This document shows, one piece after another, positions 12,675 to 25,080 of a stretch of DNA of 64,000 nucleotides. The position numbers were made by a program, and so were the translations under genes. Origin of the DNA: Camelus dromedarius (taxonomy: Eukaryota). Location of the stretch: positions 93,250,001-93,314,000 of the forward strand of contig NC_087436.1 of assembly GCF_036321535.1 (NCBI RefSeq). The letters run 5' to 3'. Each line of letters begins with the position of its first letter. The first letter of the stretch is position 1. The notes under the pieces were generated by a model. The model was not told the DNA's origin, ran no database searches, and worked only from the letters and a program-made list of their open reading frames with translations.

Positions 12675-12885
12675 CAAGGGTATGCTGCCAAATGCCTAAC
12701 AACTGGTTCTCAAGAGGTGGGGAGGGGAGAAGAGCCCTGACGTGTAGGATTTACCCATCTCGGTGGTAGAACTACTCCCTCCGCCAAGGCTGATTTCAAG
12801 CTCAGCTGATGTCCCTGCGCAGAGTGAGGAGGAAACGCACGGCCTTCCCTCCTGAGCCGTATGCGCTGGCTCCAGGTCACCGCCG
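12675..12885. mobile_element. MER63A-like hAT (Blackjack) MITE
   Basis: GTATGCTGCCAAATGCCTAACAACTGGTTCTC...GGCTGATTTCAAGCT...GAGCCGTATGCGCTGGCTCCAG; degenerate TIRs. Confidence 0.75.
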
Positions 12886-13172
12886 CGAACTCGCAATCTG
12901 TATTACACATACAGTAGGAGGCTAACAGTTAACTTAAATGTGGTGTTTTAAATATATTACAATATCCATGATTGGAGAATTATCAAATAATAATTGAAAA
13001 CAAAGAGAAACAACTATATAAGTGTTTCTAAACTTGCATACATTCTTGTTCATAGTCAATCGAATACTTAGTCAATATATTTTTATAATATGTAACTTTA
13101 TAATATATAATAAATAAATGATTTATAGTCAATATATATATAATTAATCAATAATCAATAGAAAGATACAAC

Positions 13173-13736
13173 TGAAGTGGGAGGCCAGGGGGCAGGGCAC
13201 AACCACTGAAGAAGTGACACAGCAACTGAGGACAAGACAAACTGGTGAGAACTGAGATGGCGGAAGATTCAACTCCCAGTAGACCTTGAGCCTTGTGGCA
13301 CACCCACAGGCAGCAGGACAGTTCCAAGGATGACTGTAGAAGGTCAAAAAGTAAGCAGGGAAGTTTCCTGGAAATCCTTGCCCCTTTCCCAAGTAGCTGG
13401 AATAATCAGCATATGAAATTATCCATCCCATAAAACCTAACAGCCCCACACGTCATGGCTGCTCTCTCTCCTGCCTTCTGAGATGGCCTGCACTGTCTAT
13501 GGAGTCTGCATCCGCTTTTACTTTAAACTGAACACTCCACACCTCTCGGCTTTTCCCCATTCTGAGATGGCCCCCATTCTGTTTCTGGAGTGTGTATCTC
13601 CTAAGCTGTTTTCCCTTCTGAGTGAGACAGACCACTCTCTTTCCACAGAGTATCTCTCTGAATAAACTTGCTTTCGCTTCACCGTGACTTGCTCTTGAAT
13701 TTCCTGTGTGAGGCAAGAACCTACTCTCCCACAACA
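13173..13736 (+). mobile_element. ERV1-class solo LTR, MER41-like (564 bp)
   Basis: TG...CA termini; perfect 4-bp TSD CAAC (13169-13172 and 13737-13740); AATAAA near 13661. 3' end CTTGCTCTTGAATTTCCTGTGTGAGGCAAGAACC resembles MER41-type LTRs. Confidence 0.85.
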
Positions 13737-14706
13737 CAACTACTATGATGACATAAATCTATTGTCCTTTCAGATAATTGTTTCTGATTCCTGGCTATGA
13801 GTAGGCAATTAGAAAGCAAAAGCAAAAGGTCTCCACCAAATTCCTGAAAATTGGTGCAGTAATAATCCAAAGAATAGGCCTTTTCCAAGCATTTAACATC
13901 AGATATAAAAAGCTTACTTTTGTTCTAAATATTTCCTAGCTATGGTTCTTGAAATCTGTACACTCTCTAGTCCTGAATTTGAAAACATATTTCCTCCTCC
14001 CCTTATGGGAGAGCCAACAATTACAGCGAAGCTAGTAATTGTCCCCAATCCATTCTAGTGCACAGTAATACAATTTTTAACTAGATAAATTTGCAGGCAA
14101 TTAACCAGATTGTGATAACCTTTTAGAGGACAAATGGAAAAAACACTCCACTTCCAACATAAGGACACAAACCATCCAAAGGGGAGTCTTGACTACACTG
14201 CTCGGGAGGTAATAACTAGAAGTTGCAAAGCAGACCAGTTGCTATTTGCTGCTGATTGACACAGAAAGCTGTTGTTTGTGAGAGGAAGAAAGGGAAGACT
14301 AATGCTGTTTCCACAATCAACAGCTCTGTTCTTTCTTTTTTTTAATTGCTGGAGCACCTGCTGCCTCAGTCTCTTCAGCCTCATCTATTATGCAGCATGT
14401 TGATGGGGATGGGACGGGGATTCGCAGTGGCACACAATGACCAACCTGAGAAAGACAAGGGACAGACCGACGTCTCCCAGAAGAGGCAGTGATAGCCCGC
14501 ACGCTTCCTCTTCCCACACCCAGCATTTAAAAAAAAAAAATCCACTCACACCAAAATGTATTGTCATTTTATGGCAGTGGGAGGAGCTAACACGCAAAGA
14601 CCATACTTGTTTTTCACATCATGTATTTAGTGAGATGAAATTATTATTTCATGGGGATTGGCCTTCATATTTACTCTTTGGCCTACCTAAGAGAGGAAAT
14701 ACTTAA

Positions 14707-15004
14707 CAGAATCATTTCTCAAAATATGTCCCACCGAATCCTAGTTTTCGCAGCATGTTAAGAGATGTGATGTGGAAAAAACGCTCCATGGTCAAGTAAG
14801 TTTGGGGAACGCTAAGTTTGAAAAAAAAAATTTCTTTTGGTCAACTTTGAGCTTCTCAGAGCCAGTAATATGCTGATATGCACAGAGATCCTCCCATGGG
14901 GGATAAAATAGTGTTTCCTAATCTGTTCTACCAAGACCCCTTTTCAAAAAAAGCCTCTGGTGAGTAGGACCAGTGTTCCACAGAATGTGTGTTAGGAAAC
15001 AGAC
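14707..15004. mobile_element. hAT-Charlie nonautonomous element (MER112-like)
   Basis: GTAAGTTTGGGGAACGCT, TAATATGCTGATATGCAC and terminal GGAAACAGACT; resembles the MER112/MER113 group. Confidence 0.55.
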
Positions 15005-16554
15005 TTTCCAGCCAGCTGGTAACTCACAGCCTGGGGGCACCAAACAGACCCTCACACAAGTTGTTTGTTCTTTACTGTACTGGACTTCCTAGTACTTTAA
15101 AAAATTTGAATAAGCTACCAAAATTTGAATAAACTAATAATTAAGCAACAACAACAATGGTTTTTTACTGCTTCTCTTGAAAAAAAAAAAGAGTGGAGAT
15201 GAATGGAGTACTCTCTGTCCACAAAACTGCCTTTTCTGTGCAGAATATTTTAAACCACAAAGGAATTTTAAAAAAAAAAAAAGGTCATATAATGTATCCA
15301 GTTTATATGGAAGTTAAGGAAAGAAAAATTACAAGTGCACTTGTGTGCAGGTGTTCAGAGAAGTCAAACAAGGACTAGTGAGAGAGGGATATTAAAGAGG
15401 GAAGTCTTCCCCCAAAAGTGGGGGTGAGCTTAGATTGGTAGAAAGGAGGGGTGCGTGCCGAGCTAAAGGAAACGCCAAGAACAAAAGCACTGGCTGGAAT
15501 CAATACATCAGAAAAACAGATCACAGGCTGCTTCAAAATATAGCTACAAAACACACATTTGATTTAAATTTGCAATTTAATTGAGGAGCACAGTGGTCGG
15601 GAATTTTAACAACGAAATAGCTTTGAACCATAGATAGGGTCAATCAAGCCATTTGGCCATTAAATCCAAACTCTAAGAGGATAAACATGAGATATTTTTT
15701 AGTTCTATGACTAAGTAATTTCCAAAACCATTCCCATCAAATGCCAGGTGCAAAAGCAATTACACCAAACCATTTGCCAGCTCCACAGACCTGGGATAGC
15801 AGGGCCTCCGAGAACCACTGAACCAGTTCGAAAATAATTCTGGAGCCTCAGAGATCCTATTACTAAGAAGCAGAAATAGATTTCCAAGTGCTCACTTTGA
15901 AATATTAAGCATTGTTCTCCCCAGATCTTTCCACCATCCTAGAACACTTATTAAAAACCATTTCAAAGTGACTCAGCTTCTAAAATAAAGCTTCACCTTG
16001 CCTGAAGTCACAGTGCATAGTGGTTTAACTTCACCACCGTGTGATTAGCACAATCTAAAAAACAAACAGAAAATATACAAAAATATTTTCTTATTAAGAA
16101 GTTAGAGCCAACAAATGATAGGAGCTCAAAATGTGTTTCTTAATCTGAGTTAAGATCTAACTGTTGCTGTTCTACAATGTCAGTTATTTTTTACATCATG
16201 ACTCTTCCAAGATTTTTACTAACAACCCAAAACCTCAACCCCTAAACTTGTCTAGTCTTCAATCTTTATTTTCAAAACAATGTCTTGTTTTGGAAAGACT
16301 AGCATCCTCAGACACAGAAAGGATCACTCTCCAACATCTTGGGAGCTACCAGAATCTTCTCTAACCTTGGCACCTTTTTCTCTGCCTCAAAGCAAAGAAT
16401 TGTCTCTTTCTTTCTGAGCGAGTCTTTCCAATCCAGGCCCTAGTTCCTACTCCCTCCCCTCTGATCTCCTCCCCTCTTTCTCTGCACCACTCACCAAGCT
16501 AAGGGATCCTCAGCAAACCTCTTTGTATGTGGCAGTCTTGATTCAGATCTGCAA

Positions 16555-16750
16555 AGATTAACTACCATCTATAAAATAGATATAAAAATTTTTTTTCTAT
16601 ATAGCACAGGGAACTATACTCAATCTTGTAGTAACCTATAATGAAAAAGAATACGAAAACGAATATATGTATGCATATGTATGACTGAAACATTATGCTG
16701 TACACCAGAAATTGACACATTGTAACTGACTATACTTGAATTAAAAAACA
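16555..16750 (+). mobile_element. Lineage-specific (artiodactyl/camelid) L1 3' end, 5'-truncated
   Basis: TATAGCACAGGGAACTATACTCAATCTTGTAGTAACCTATAATGAAAAAGAA...TGTACACCAGAAATTGACACATTGTAACTGACTATAC. Confidence 0.88.
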
Positions 16751-17020
16751 TTTTTTTAATGTTCCCTACTGCCTCAAGCTCAAGCACTAATTTGAATGTG
16801 CTATTTGAATCTACTCCTTGTGTGAATTCACCATACACATCCATGCCTCTTTGCATTTGTTCATGACATTTACTGTATCTGGAACGCCTTTGCTCTTTGT
16901 GTCCAATCCCCTGTTCAAATCTCAAGACACAAATGCAAAAAGATTTCCCCAAAGCACCCACCAGCCCCTAGAACCCTTAGTACACCAAACTTGTCTACAA
17001 CTCACAAAGCATTTAATGTC

Positions 17021-17447
17021 TTTTTTTAAATTATTGAAGTATAGTCAGTTTACAATGTTGTGTTAATTTCCAGTGTACAGCATAGTGATTCAGATATAGA
17101 TATATAGATATAGATATAGATACAGATATAGATATAGATATATATTCTTTTTCATACTCTTTTCCATTATAGGCCATTACACAGTATTCAATATAGTTTC
17201 CTGTGCTATACAGTAGGACCTTGTTGTTTATCTATTTTATATATTTTAGTTAGTATCTGTCAATCCCAAACTCTCAATTTAACCCTCCACCTCCCTTTTC
17301 CCCCCTCGTAACCATAAGTTTGCTTTCTATGTCTGTGAGTCTGTTTCTGTTTTGTAAATAATTTCATTTGTCTCATTTTTTAAGATTCCACATATAAGTG
17401 ATATCATATGATTTTTTTTCTTTTTCTTTCTGGCTTACTTCACTTAA
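17021..17447 (-). mobile_element. Lineage-specific L1 3' end with internal (GATATA)n microsatellite (~17091-17143)
   Basis: TTGAAGTATAGTCAGTTTACAATGTTGTG...CCTGTGCTATACAGTAGGACC...GATTCCACATATAAGTGATATCAT...CTTACTTCACTTA. Confidence 0.9.
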
Positions 17448-17474
17448 CTTATCTTTTATATACATGCAGTAAGA

Positions 17475-17715
17475 CAGGATTTATAATCAGAAAATCTGGG
17501 CTTCAATCCCACCTCCTCCACTAACTAGCTATGTGATTTGGGGCAGATACATCTGCACTACAGCTCTTTCCTCACCTAAAAAATAGGAAACTGATAGCCC
17601 TGATCTTACAGGTAAGGATTGAATGAGAGTATGTATATAAGAGCACACAAAAACTGTTAATGAAAAAAAAATGCAATTTGTAAAATGTAATTTACCTTAA
17701 ATTGCTATTGTTATT
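17475..17715 (+). mobile_element. MIR SINE
   Basis: CTGGGCTTCAATCCCACCTCCTCCACTAACTAGCTATGTGATTTGGG...TTCCTCACCTAAAAAATAGG. Confidence 0.75.
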
Positions 17716-17744
17716 CATATGTTTTGTCCCTGTGTCCCTGAGTA

Positions 17745-20215
17745 GATTCATTCATTGAACAATTGTTTACAGAGCCTATCTTCTGTGTATGACATTATTC
17801 TAGACACTGGGGATGTGACCTCTGGATTCATGGCATTGTTTTGGTAGATGGATAATAAACAATATAAAATATAATACAATATCAGGTAATAGTAAGTGCT
17901 CTGAAGAAAAATAGAGCAAAATAAAGGGATAAAAAGTAGCAAACAGTCACTATGGAAAACCAGTGTGGAGTTTCCTCAAAAAGCTGAAAAAAGAACTACC
18001 ATATGATCCATCAAGTCCATTCCTCGATATTATCCAAAGAGAACTAAAATACTCATTTTAAAAATATACATGTACCTCAATGTTTATAGCAGTATTATTT
18101 ACAATAGTCAAGATACAGAAACAGCATTAGTGTCCATCAACAGATAAATGGATTAAGATGTCACATGTAAATATATATGTGTACACACACACACATGCAC
18201 ACAAAATAGAATCCTATTCAGCCATAAAAACATGAAGTTGTGCCATTTGCAATAACAGAGATAGACTTGGACTGTATTATGCTTAGTGAAATAAGTCAGA
18301 CAGAGAAATGTCATCACTTATATATGGGATCTAAAAACAAAACAAACAAAAGAATATAACAAAACAGAAACAGACTCATAGATACAGAGAAGAAATTAGT
18401 GATTACCAGTGGGGAGAGATTGGGGGGAGGGGCAATATGGGGGGGCAATATAGGGGTAGGGAATTAAGAGGTGCAAACTACTAGTTTTAAAATAAATAAG
18501 TTACAAGGATATATTGCACAGCACAAGGAATATAGCCAAAATTTTAAAATAACTTTAAATGGAGTATAATCTATAAAAATTTTGAATCATTATGTCATAC
18601 AACTTAAAGTAATATAATATTGTAAATAAAAATATCTCAATAAAATAAGGTTGTTAAAATTTAAAAAATAAAAGTGGCGAAGCATGGATTGTTACTTGAG
18701 ATATTTTACCGTGAAAAGCCTTCTCCAAGGAAGTGGCACATAATCAGAGACTTGAATGATGTAGGTGGTGAGCAACCCTCATTTCTGTAGGAAAAGCATT
18801 CCAGGCAGAGACACACACAAGTTCAAGGCCCACAGGTGGGTGTGAACGTGTGGTGTCTGGTAAAGGAAAAGGCAAGTATGGCTAGAATGGAGGCAGTAAG
18901 GGTGGCAGCATGACAAGAAGAGGACAGAGAGGAGGCTAACAGCCCTCTAGACAATAAGAAGGACCTTGGAACTTATTCTCAGTTCTGTTCAAAGCATTCA
19001 CTGGAAAAAAAAGGGGTTTGAGCAGGGAAGTGTTGTGATTTAATTAACATTAAAAAATTACTTCGACCATTGTAAGGAGAATTGACATGTGGGGACAGGT
19101 GGGCAAGGCTGGGGACAAGAGGACCACTGAGGACATAACTCCATAGGCTAGGAGAGAAAGATGGTAACTTGGACTAGGCTAGAAGCTGAGGGAATGATGA
19201 GAAGTGGTCAGATCCCAGGTTTATTTTGAAGGTAGAGGCTAAAGGATTTGCTGATGGACTGACCAAATGTGAGATATCAGCAAAGGAGAAGAGTTCAGAA
19301 TCTCTGTACGTTTTGACCTTGAGCAAAGCGGTGCTATCAAGAGAGGGAAGACTTGAAGAGGGGCAGCTTTGGAAAGAAAAATCAAGAGCTATATTTTGTT
19401 CCCATTAAGGTTGAGCTAACTGTGTGATATCCAAGTGGAGACAACGGGGAAACAGATACACTACAGCTCAAAGGAAAGACGAAAGCTACAGTTATATACC
19501 TGGATGTGGACCATGAGGTAAAGTCACCCCTGGAGTGTGCAAGAGAAGAGGTCCAAGGACTAAACCCTGGGGCCAGTCAGCAACTACAGATCAGGAGAAA
19601 GAGGGAGAGTTCAGCAAAGGAGAACAAAAAGGAATGGTTAATGAATTAGGAGAAATTATAAGATAAGGATGTCCTGGAAGCCAAGGGAGGAAAAATAAAG
19701 AAGGACAGAGTGGTTCATGGTCCAGTGATGCTGAGAGATTGTACGAGATGAGAACTGGGAACTGTCTGTTGGATTTGGGCAACGCAGGACACAGGTCACC
19801 TTGACGTGGGTAACTCCTACAGATTGGTGAGGATGCGAGTACACTGGAGTAGAGAAGAAGGAGAGCAGAGACAACTCTGAACAAGTAGACGTGGAGAAGC
19901 AGGTGGAGGTGTGTGTGTAATTTAGAAAGGGCACACACTAAAGAAATTACCTGGTACAAAAAGAGAAGGCAATGATATAGGAAAAAGAGGGCCGACAACT
20001 AAGACAAAGAGTAAACCTCTGCATAGGTGAGGGGGTGTAGACCACAAGGGCAAGGTCTGGCCTTAGCTGTGCAGAGAAAGATCATTCATTGTAATGGAAG
20101 GCAGGCGCAGTCCAGGGGTGCAGATGCAGAGGTAAGTTTAATGATGAACAGATAAGCAGTTCCCATCAGTTCCCATCAAACAGCTTCTTGAAGCCATTAG
20201 CTGAGAGTGAGAAAA
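17745..20215 (-). mobile_element. Long L2 (3' end at ~17745) split by an L1 insertion at ~17943-18670
   Basis: Begins ATTCATTCATTGAACAA. Purine-rich L2 reverse motifs continue from ~18675 (GGAAAAGCATTCCAGGCAGAG, GATATCCAAGTGGAGA, GGATTTGGGCAAC...GGTCACC). Confidence 0.85.
17943..18670 (+). mobile_element. L1MA-type 3' fragment nested in L2
   Basis: CAGTCACTATGGAAAACCAGTGTGGAGTTTCCTCAAAAAGCTG...GAACTACCATATGATCC..., G-rich 3' UTR, A-rich tail. Approximate TSD ATAAAA(A)GT[A/G]GC. Confidence 0.9.
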
Positions 20216-20539
20216 GGAGAATGGAGATGAAGGATTAGGAAAGAAAAATATGAAGAGTGGGGCTAGTGAACTGATATGTGGGTAGTGAGTAAGTGTGGGC
20301 CACCATCGGATGGTCCACTCCTGCCTCGTCCGCTTCTTTGCCTCTCCTTCAAGAGTCTTTACGACTTCACAGTTGTTACCCTTGAGACATGTGCTGAAAG
20401 ATAAGCCTGATGTCTTTGAGAAACAGAAGATTTTTTTGTGAGTTTTTCAAAACCAGCAATGATATCATCCTGAAAAGGATGTTAAAACTAGAAGGAAAGT
20501 TTTTCTGGAATATATGTCATCAGCTGTACCTTGGATGCT

Positions 20540-21130
20540 ATGAAAAATACTGAGGACTCCACGCATGGCCCAAAGCCACATTCAGAGTCCCCTTCACCTC
20601 TTTTTTTGACAAGTACAAGAGAGTCATTGATGAGTGGGACATTCCAGAGAAACAACACTTCAGAGACTTGGGAAATCTATTACTGAAAGAGGAGGCAGAA
20701 AACAGATCAGCATGGTATGATTTTTGACTTTCAACCACATTTGTATATTCTGGAGAAATACAAGGGATCCTATTTCCCCCAAAGAAGGAGCAAGATAAAC
20801 AGGTAGAGGAGGTCAGTCGCTCACATGTGGTTGGCTTCATTTCAGTTGTGTGTGTGCTGGGGAGGCAGGGAGTGGGGGTTAAAAGTACCAGTGTCCAACT
20901 ACCAAGAGGTACAGGTCACTGACTTTCTGCCTTCTAAGAAGTATCAATGGTTTTCAGCTTCAATGGATTCACTGGATGACACTATGACATCTTTATACAA
21001 GTCATGGTGAAAGCTGCCCATTGAGTATATTTAAGTAGAGCCATGATGACAGCTCCTCTGCTGAGTCTTTTGGAAGAAGAGTTTGAAAATCACTAAGATG
21101 AACACCTTGCCTGGGTGATGTGACAGCTTT
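20540..21130 (+). mobile_element. Possible CR1/L3-type LINE 3' relic
   Basis: Weak resemblance to the CR1 3' end (CTCCTCTGCTGAGTCTTTTGGAAGAAGAG...ACACCTTGCCTGGGTGATG); highly diverged. Confidence 0.3.
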
Positions 21131-21354
21131 GCAACTTCTTAAAAATAAGATTCTCTCTACAGTGAGCTTCATGCACGTGAAGCTCAACAGACAAGAGCCC
21201 AGAGTTAGAAATTTGAGCTGCTACCCACATGCTACACTGGTCAAATGACAGACAGTAAGGGTGTACAAAAGTAAGTAAAATTCCAAAAGGTAGCTTTGGT
21301 GTCATCACAAACTTTGATCTTACCCGAATGAGAGAAACACACATACCTGGTAAT

Positions 21355-21740
21355 GCAGGGCTGCAAAGCCTTACCCAAAACTCTTAAGGGTCATTTATAA
21401 TTTCTTAGATTTTAGAATGGAAATATAATGCATGTGCTGTCTATTATATAACACCTCCAAGGGGTCTAGGGAAGCACCCTGTAATCAAACACAACAGTTG
21501 CATGGTGAAATGTTTGAATGGCCCCATAAAGGGAATAAATAAAAATAATAAATAGCCTGAAGTCATTTCAGATCAGGTCAGAGGTTTGCTAAAAACAAAT
21601 TACAAAAGGAAGGAAGGAAGGGAGGGTAGGAGGGAAAAAGGAAGGAAAAATATTGTTAAAACTAAAATTAAAAAGAAAACTTCCATTCTTCAAAACTTTT
21701 TAGGCTTTATAATTGTGCTCAAATGATTATGGACCTGTGA
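21355..21740. mobile_element. Tigger-type TcMar nonautonomous element (MamRep434-like) with an internal (GGAA)n tract
   Basis: GATTTTAGAA...ATAACACCTCCAAGGGGTCTAGGGAAGCACCCTGTAATCAAACAC...GATTATGGACCTGT end. Related fragments at ~61905-61975 and ~63168-63265 (TACAGGTCC...GGGGCCAGACATGTTTTAAAATTCAGAATTTT). Confidence 0.6.
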
Positions 21741-22169
21741 AAATAAAAGCAAACATGAAAGCTTTCGCTGTATTAGACTATCAGGCTCCCAAAGTCCTGT
21801 CACTTTTGCCACATGAAAAGCAAACGGGAAAAAATGTAGATTATCAAAATGTTGAAGATCACCAGGCAAGCACCACGTCTGCAGTATGATTTGTGACACT
21901 GCATGAACAGTGCCCAGTATGTGTCGGTACTTCTAACTGCACTGTAATGGATGCTGCCAAATATTTGGCCTCTGAGTTCAATGGTGCCTGAAAGCATGAT
22001 ATTGATATTTTGTTTTGTTTTCTGGTAGAGCTGCAAAATATAAAATGCTTATTTCTGACCACTGATTTTCCAAGAATATGATCTCTTATATGAGAGTAAT
22101 AAGGACCATGGTCTAGGTCTAAATTCCCCTCAATATCAGAGATACCAAGTTAAAAAGGAATTTAGTAGA

Positions 22170-22680
22170 CTGGAAGAGATGTTCGTATACTCATGTTCAA
22201 AGCAGCATTACTCACAAAAGCCAAAAGACAGAAGACACTCCAATGTCCATTAACAGATGAAGAGACAAACAACATGTGGGAGATTCACACAAAGGAATGT
22301 TATTGAGCCTGAAAAGAGAAGGAAATCCCGACACATGTCACAACATGGATGAACACTGAGGACTCTGCTAAGTGAAGCAAGCCAGTCACAAAAGGACAAA
22401 TACTGTACTATTCCACTTATACGAGGTACCTGGAATAGTCAAATTTATCAAAACAGAAAGTAGAATGATGGTTACCAGGGGCTGGGGCAAAGGGCAGTAG
22501 GGAGCTATTGTTTAATGAGTACAAAGCGAAGTTTCTGTCTCGCAAGATAGAAAGAGTTCTGGAGACGGATGGCTGGGATGGTTGCACAACACCGCGAATG
22601 TACTTTATGCCACTGAACTGTACACTTAAAATGGTAAATTTTGTGTATTTTGCCACAATTTAGTAATAATAATAATAAAA
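22170..22680 (+). mobile_element. L1MB-type 3' end
   Basis: CATGTTCAAAGCAGCATTACTCAC...AAGCCAGTCACAAAAGGACAAATACTG...GAACTGTACACTTAAAATGGTAAATTTTGTG. Confidence 0.9.
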
Positions 22681-23060
22681 TTAACAGTAAAAAATGGAAT
22701 ATTCTGAAAACAACCTGAGAGGACACAGGAGAACTCTACAAGGAGCAGACAAGAGTCTAACATTACGAAGAGAGGAGCATAGTGATGAACCAGAAAGCTA
22801 GGCAGAAGACTAAAGGAAAAGAAGACTGATCTGCTGGCCTCTGAATAAACCACCTCCTTGGGAATTTGCAGTGACCTTTGGTGTGCAGATTGGCGGCTCT
22901 CAAGATGATGTGCAGTTTGGGGTTCACCCTGCTCATTCCATCTCTTAGCCGAGGCTAAGCAACTGACCTATTTCTAAGCTTCAATAATGATTATAAATTT
23001 GAGGGGCCCAGGAAGCAGGGTTCATCAAGCAGCCAAGAAATAAAGAAGGGGAACTTAGCA

Positions 23061-23216
23061 ACAGCGCTTCTCATTCTGACTGCACGTAACAATCATCTAG
23101 AAATATGACTCCTGCCAGAGCCTCTTCAGTCGTTCTGGGGCAGGGTCTGGCCATTGACATCTTTTTAAAAAGCTTCCCAGGTAATTCTAATGTGCGGACA
23201 GGATGGAGAACCACTG
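23061..23216. mobile_element. MER5-like hAT MITE
   Basis: CAGCGCTTCTCA...AGCTTCCCAGGTAATTCTAATGTGC...GAGAACCACTG TIR pair. Confidence 0.75.
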
Positions 23217-23221
23217 ATCTG

Positions 23222-23420
23222 AAGCAAAGATTTTCTGAAAAGGGCCAGGCAGTAAATGTTTTAGGCTTTGTGCGCCATACTGTCTCTGTCACAGCTACTC
23301 AGCTCTGCCTTTATAGTATAAAAACAGCTGTAGACAAACAAATGATTAGGTGTGGTTGTATTCCAATAAAACTTTATTTATAAAACCATGTGGTGGACCA
23401 TAATTTTGCTGGCCTCTGCT
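23222..23420. mobile_element. MER58A-like hAT MITE
   Basis: AAAGGGCCAGGCAGTAAATGTTTTAGGCTTTGTG...CAGCTACTCAGCTCTGCC...TTCCAATAAAACTTTATTTA. Confidence 0.85.
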
Positions 23421-24356
23421 CTGCTGAGAAAGAAGGCTTCAGATTTTCTAAGTGGATAAAAATTATTACTTGGACTTTGGAAAGAGAATCTCAAATGCAG
23501 AGAGGAGTAGGATCAATATAAAACACTAGTTTTGAACTTAAAAACAAAAACTATGGGGAAGAAAATAAACAGAGGGAAAGCATGCTGATCCAGGTGGGAA
23601 CACGAAGATGGGAACAAAGCAACCAAAGAAGCGGGTTGTAATTTTGTGTCCTTCTTTGAAAGAGAGAGCTATCAAGAAAAATGGACACGGAACACCAGGA
23701 GAACAGGAATTATGGCCCAGGATGCAGAAGAGGTAGTCAAAAGGCATGTCAGTAGGGTGATCATCCGAACTTAAGGTTAGGAGTCCAAAGGATGAGAAAA
23801 GGCAAGACTTTGAGAAGGATCGTTCAGCCAAGGGCCTTCTGGACCTCACTGGTATGCTGGCAGCCGGAACTGGGGAATCACTACCAAGGGTACCACTGAT
23901 CCAGAAACCCATCGAGCTAATTTCTCAGATGGGAACCAGTGTGAAGGCAGGTGAGGACCATCCCCAGGAGTCTGGTTCATGGATGGTAGAGTTCCAAAGA
24001 GGAAGCAACAAGTGGTAGTACAGAGGTGAGAAAGCCTGGGGGCTCTGCTGGGAATGAAAACAAAGACATGAGCAGAAGAAGACTGTGGGAAATGCAACTT
24101 GGAGAATTCCCTTCACTAAATTTAAAGTAGTCTTCTCAGTTTAGATCTGGACTGCCAGGAATTGTTGTATTAGTCCAAAAGAAAAGTCTGAAAGTTTGAG
24201 GTTTTACCTATATGGAATTTGCACCAAACAGGAGACAGAGATCCCAGGAAACACACAGAGATGAGAGGCACCGCCACTGCAAATGCCTAACTTCTGAAAG
24301 TCGATGGGTATGCTTCTGGTCACTATGATCCAGTACCAGATTTTCCCTGCAGACTA

Positions 24357-25080
24357 TTGACTGATTCAACAAATAGTTGTGTGTGCTTACTGTGAGAAAG
24401 ACACTGTGCTAGATACAAGAAACAGAATGATGAGGTACGTAGAGGGGAGAAGAGACTCATTAAATTACACACATGCAAAATTACAACTGCTGTAAGTTCC
24501 AGAAAGGAAAAACACATGGTGCCAGGATTGCTTAGAATGGGAACACTTGATCTGCTCAAGAAAATGGCTTCTGAGCTGAGAATGAGCAGGAGGTAAGGAA
24601 GGAAAGAGAGAGGGAAAAGCCTTCCAGGAAGAGGGAACGGCATGTGTGCAGCCCAGAGGAGGGAAGGAACACGGCACGTGTGAGGGACAGGATGCACTGG
24701 TAGGAGCTCAGAGAGCAAGGTGAGCAGAGCCCAACACCTGGCTAGAGATGCGGGTGGAACAAGGACCAGTGCAGTCTTGCAGCACACTTGAAGAAATGTC
24801 AACTGAGCCCAGGAACAATGGGAAGCCACGGAAGGGCTTCAAGCAGAGTTGGGAAAAGGGTAACAGGTCAGATTAGTGTTTCAGGAAGATCCCACTGTAA
24901 GAGAAAGGCTCGGGAGAAGGGCAAGTGGGGAGTGGATGCAGAACAACACTGGGGTGCTTTTGTTATAGAACCCAAACTGGAAACCATGCCACCATCAACC
25001 AATAATGGTAGAGCTCTACCAATTGGAAATGCCCAGGTCCTGGATTCTAGATATTTGTTAGAGATTTACTGGCAAAGGTA
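24357..25080 (-). mobile_element. L2 3' region
   Basis: ATTCAACAAATAGTTG...CTTCCAGGAAGAGGGAACGGCATGTG...CAATGGGAAGCCACGGAAGGG. Confidence 0.85.

Noticed and set aside
23530..24120. Purine-rich stretch with several overlapping ORFs, possible processed pseudogene
   Set aside because: No recognisable protein in the frames I read and no poly(A)/TSD; probably a decayed repeat.
24323..24829. 168-aa ORF
   Set aside because: Lies entirely within an L2 3' region.
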